DNA of 32,000 bases, taken from NCBI RefSeq assembly GCF_007625075.1, contig NZ_QMIE01000003.1, positions 11,326-43,325 on the forward strand, written 5' to 3'. This document shows positions 29,389 to 32,000 of the stretch, in pieces. A program made the translations under genes and the position numbers. The DNA comes from Oceanidesulfovibrio indonesiensis. GTDB taxonomy: Bacteria > Desulfobacterota > Desulfovibrionia > Desulfovibrionales > Desulfovibrionaceae. Position 1 is the stretch's first letter. Each line of letters starts with the position of its first letter. The notes under the pieces were generated by a model that searched no databases, had not been told where the DNA came from, and saw only the letters and a program-made list of their open reading frames with translations.

Positions 29389-31326
29389 ATGGCCAACACA
29401 ACCGGCGAGCAGTTCGAATTCAAAGCCGAAGTCAGCAAACTGCTCAACATCATCACCCACTCCCTGTACACCAACCGCGAAATCTTCCTGCGCGAGCTCA
29501 TATCCAACGCATCCGACGCGCTGGACAAGCTGCGCTTCGAACAGAGCCGGGGCGCCGAGATCACCGCGCCGGAACTGCCGCTCCAGATATCCATATCCAT
29601 CGATGAAGACGCAGGCACGCTCACCGTGGCCGATACCGGCGTGGGCATGACCCACGACGAGCTCATGGAGAACCTGGGCTCCATCGGCAAATCCGGCTCG
29701 GAAGACTTCCTCAACAAGCTGTCCGAAGCAGCCGCCGAAGCCAAGGCAGAGGGCTCCGCCGACGCCACCTCCATTATCGGCCGGTTTGGCGTGGGCTTCT
29801 ATTCCGTGTTCATGGTCGCGGACAAAGTCACCGTGACTACCCGATCCTGCCAGCCCGGCCAGCATGCCTACCGCTGGGAGTCGGACGGCGCCGGCACCTT
29901 CACGGTGGAGCCTGTTGGCGACAGCGAGGACGCACCGGAACGCGGCGCTCGCGTCACCATCCACATGCGCGAGGATGCCAGAGACTTCCTGAATAAATTC
30001 CGTCTCGAACAGATCATCAAGACGCATTCGAACTTCGTGGCCTTCGACATCCTGCTGGAGGGTGATAAGGTCAACACCACCCCGGCCCTGTGGCGCGAGC
30101 CCAAGTTCGAAATCACGCCGGAGCAGTACAGCGACTTCTACAAGTCCCAGACCATGGATACCGAAGACCCGCTCGACGTGATCCACTTCTCAGTGGACGC
30201 GCCCGTGCAGTTCACCGCGCTCGCCTTCATCCCCAAACGAAGCCGCGACCTCTACGGCCTCTCCCAGGGCGACTATGGCCTGGACCTCTACGTGCGCCGC
30301 GTGCTCATCACCAAGGACTTCAAGGACCTGCTGCCCGAATACCTCGGCTTTCTCGAAGGTCTGGTCGACACTGAAGACCTGCCCTTGAACATTTCCCGCG
30401 AGACGCTCCAGGAAAACATCCTCGTCCGCAAGATCGCCACGACCGTGACCAGGCAGACCCTTTCCCACCTCGGCACGATGGCCGAGAAAGAGCCGGAGAA
30501 GTACGCCGACTTCTGGAAGGAGCACGGCACGGTCTTCAAGCACGGCTACGCCGACTTCGGCAACCGCGAGAAATTCGGCCCCCTGCTGCGCTTCAACTCC
30601 TCGCACCACGAGGACAAGCATGGGCTCACCTCCCTGGACGGGTACATCGAGCGCATGGAAGAAGGGCAGGAGGCCGTCTACTACATCGCCGGCTCCAGCC
30701 GGGAGGCCATAGCCCTCAATCCGCACACCGAGATGTTCCGGCGCAAGGGGCTCGAGGTCCTCTACCTGTACGAGCCCATCGACGAGTTCGTGCTGGAGAC
30801 CCTCGGCGCCTACAAGGAAAAGCAACTCCTCGCAGCCGAGCACGTGAAGCCCGAGGACCTGGACAAGTTCGCCGACGTGGACGAGGCGGATAAGAAATCC
30901 CCGGAACTCTCGGATGCAGACCGCTCCACCCTGGACGCCATGATCGGGCGCGTGAAGGAAATCCTCGGCGAACGCGTCACGGACGTGCGCGTTTCGGCAC
31001 GGCTTACTTCCAGCCCGGCGGTCCTCGTCAGCCCGGACGGCTCCATATCCTCCCACATGCAGAAAATCATGCGGACCCTGAACAAGGAGACCGATCCGCC
31101 GAAGAAAACCCTGGAGCTGAACCCGGACCACCCGCTGCTGCGCAACCTGCTGGCCGTCTACAAGAAGGACCCGCAGGACGCCTACCTCATCACGGCTGTG
31201 GAGCAGCTGTTCGAGTCCTCCCTGCTGATGGACGGCTACCTTTCCGATCCCCACGCCATGGTGGAGCGCATCAACTCGCTGCTCGAAAAATCCAGTGGCT
31301 GGTACCTGGAGGTGAAAGGGGAATAG
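29389..31326 (+). CDS. htpG: Molecular chaperone HtpG (Hsp90)
   Basis: FKAEVSKLLNIITHSLYTNREIFLRELISNASDALDKLRF; NLGSIGKSGSEDFL; GRFGVGFYSVFMVADKV. Confidence 0.99.
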   Translation: MANTTGEQFEFKAEVSKLLNIITHSLYTNREIFLRELISNASDALDKLRFEQSRGAEITAPELPLQISISIDEDAGTLTVADTGVGMTHDELMENLGSIGKSGSEDFLNKLSEAAAEAKAEGSADATSIIGRFGVGFYSVFMVADKVTVTTRSCQPGQHAYRWESDGAGTFTVEPVGDSEDAPERGARVTIHMREDARDFLNKFRLEQIIKTHSNFVAFDILLEGDKVNTTPALWREPKFEITPEQYSDFYKSQTMDTEDPLDVIHFSVDAPVQFTALAFIPKRSRDLYGLSQGDYGLDLYVRRVLITKDFKDLLPEYLGFLEGLVDTEDLPLNISRETLQENILVRKIATTVTRQTLSHLGTMAEKEPEKYADFWKEHGTVFKHGYADFGNREKFGPLLRFNSSHHEDKHGLTSLDGYIERMEEGQEAVYYIAGSSREAIALNPHTEMFRRKGLEVLYLYEPIDEFVLETLGAYKEKQLLAAEHVKPEDLDKFADVDEADKKSPELSDADRSTLDAMIGRVKEILGERVTDVRVSARLTSSPAVLVSPDGSISSHMQKIMRTLNKETDPPKKTLELNPDHPLLRNLLAVYKKDPQDAYLITAVEQLFESSLLMDGYLSDPHAMVERINSLLEKSSGWYLEVKGE

Positions 31327-31448
31327 CGGCGCCTGCACATCGATATGCGATGCGGACGCCTCGCAGCGGCCACCTTGCATTTTCTGACGTGCAGAGATCA
31401 CCCCTTGTTCTGTCGACGGCTTCCGCCGCTGTTCTCAGGGACACCAAC

Positions 31449-31487
31449 GCCCTGGCGCCATGTAAGACGGCGCCGGGGCTTTTTTTC
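31449..31487 (+). terminator. Rho-independent terminator downstream of htpG
   Basis: gccctggcgcc ... ggcgccggggc (11 bp, one G-U) followed by ttttttt. Confidence 0.92.
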
Positions 31488-31650
31488 GACGGAGGGAAAA
31501 AGGATGACTGGAGCATGCAGCGCATATCCTTGAGCTCCTGATATGACTCAGCGATCGTTCTTTTCGGCAACCTGCGAGCATATGCTTTGCATAGTCACCT
31601 TCCATCATTCTCCGCCGCCCGCCCGTTATGGCGGGCAGTTCTCGCGAGCA

Positions 31651-31679
31651 TTGACCTGGCTCTCACCCTTGCGTAAATT
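31651..31679 (+). promoter_or_regulatory. Sigma70-like promoter for the riboswitch-gdx unit
   Basis: TTGACC (31651-31656), 17-nt spacer, TAAATT (31674-31679). Confidence 0.7.
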
Positions 31680-31697
31680 CGGGCGCTTATCATCTGT

Positions 31698-31747
31698 GCT
31701 CAGGACGACCTGGGCAACATTCATCCACGCGCAGGGACGACCCTCGC
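31698..31747 (+). promoter_or_regulatory. Guanidine-II riboswitch (mini-ykkC)
   Basis: Tandem hairpins gctcagg-ACGA-cctgggc (31698-31715) and gcaggg-ACGA-ccctcgc (31731-31747), both GG-ACGA-CC, separated by 15 nt and immediately upstream of an SMR/SugE-type gene. Confidence 0.93.
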
Positions 31748-31765
31748 CTGCTAACGAGATTTTCC

Positions 31766-32000
31766 ATGAACATGGCTTGGGTTGCTCTGATCTTTGCCGG
31801 TATACTTGAAGCTGGTTGGGCGTTAGGGCTCAAGGCGAGCAACGGCTTCACACGACCAGTTCCTTCCGTACTGACCATCCTCGCCATGATTGCGAGTTTT
31901 TATCTGCTTTCGCAGGCGATGAAAGTCCTTCCTGTTGGCACGGCCTATGCGATATGGGTTGGAATAGGCGCAACAGGCACCGTCATCCTTGGCATTTTCT
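31766..32000 (+). CDS. gdx: SMR family transporter, guanidinium exporter Gdx/SugE type (partial, truncated by window end)
   Basis: Translation [78 protein letters not shown]...; start may be 31766 or 31772. Absent from the supplied ORF track because it is open at the window edge. Confidence 0.93.
   Translation, partial: MNMAWVALIFAGILEAGWALGLKASNGFTRPVPSVLTILAMIASFYLLSQAMKVLPVGTAYAIWVGIGATGTVILGIF

Noticed and set aside
31617-31636. Hairpin gcccgcc-cgttat-ggcgggc as a possible terminator or extra riboswitch domain
   Set aside because: No T tract follows and it lies upstream of the predicted promoter, so it is not part of the guanidine-II RNA; function unclear.
31543-31809. 88-aa plus-strand ORF upstream of the SMR gene
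   Set aside because: Runs through the promoter, the riboswitch and the gdx start in another frame; no domain signal.

Overview
The window looks like an ordinary core chromosomal segment from a GC-rich delta-proteobacterial sulfate reducer (Desulfovibrionaceae-like; taxon inferred from gene content and protein style only). Plus strand, 5' part: hrcA 3' end, grpE, dnaK, a large LpoA-like/periplasmic-binding lipoprotein, gatC, gatA, an mnmA-like thiouridylase, mtaB-like methylthiotransferase, yicC, a DUF370/RemA-like gene, gmk, a TPR protein, an HDOD protein and recJ. Minus strand, middle: a three-gene ABC importer (TrpX-like binding protein, permease, ATPase), an EamA-type transporter, a ferredoxin-ASKHA reductive activator, an Rsm22/METTL17-like protein, lipB and lipA; further right are a flavoprotein and an MCP. 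Right end: a PilZ protein (+), L-threonine aldolase (-), a DUF4124/DUF5684-like membrane protein (+), an FmdB-like zinc ribbon (+) and htpG (+). At the far right, missing from the supplied ORF track, is the 5' part of an SMR transporter (gdx/sugE type), preceded by a sigma70-like promoter and two GG-ACGA-CC hairpins matching a guanidine-II (mini-ykkC) riboswitch. I see no CRISPR array, phage, transposon, rRNA or tRNA, and no convincing novel defence-like system. The observations most worth checking are the guanidine-II riboswitch/gdx unit, the rsm22-lipB-lipA cluster, a possible SD-sequestering alternative hairpin before rsm22, and an orphan reductive-activator gene beside an ABC importer.
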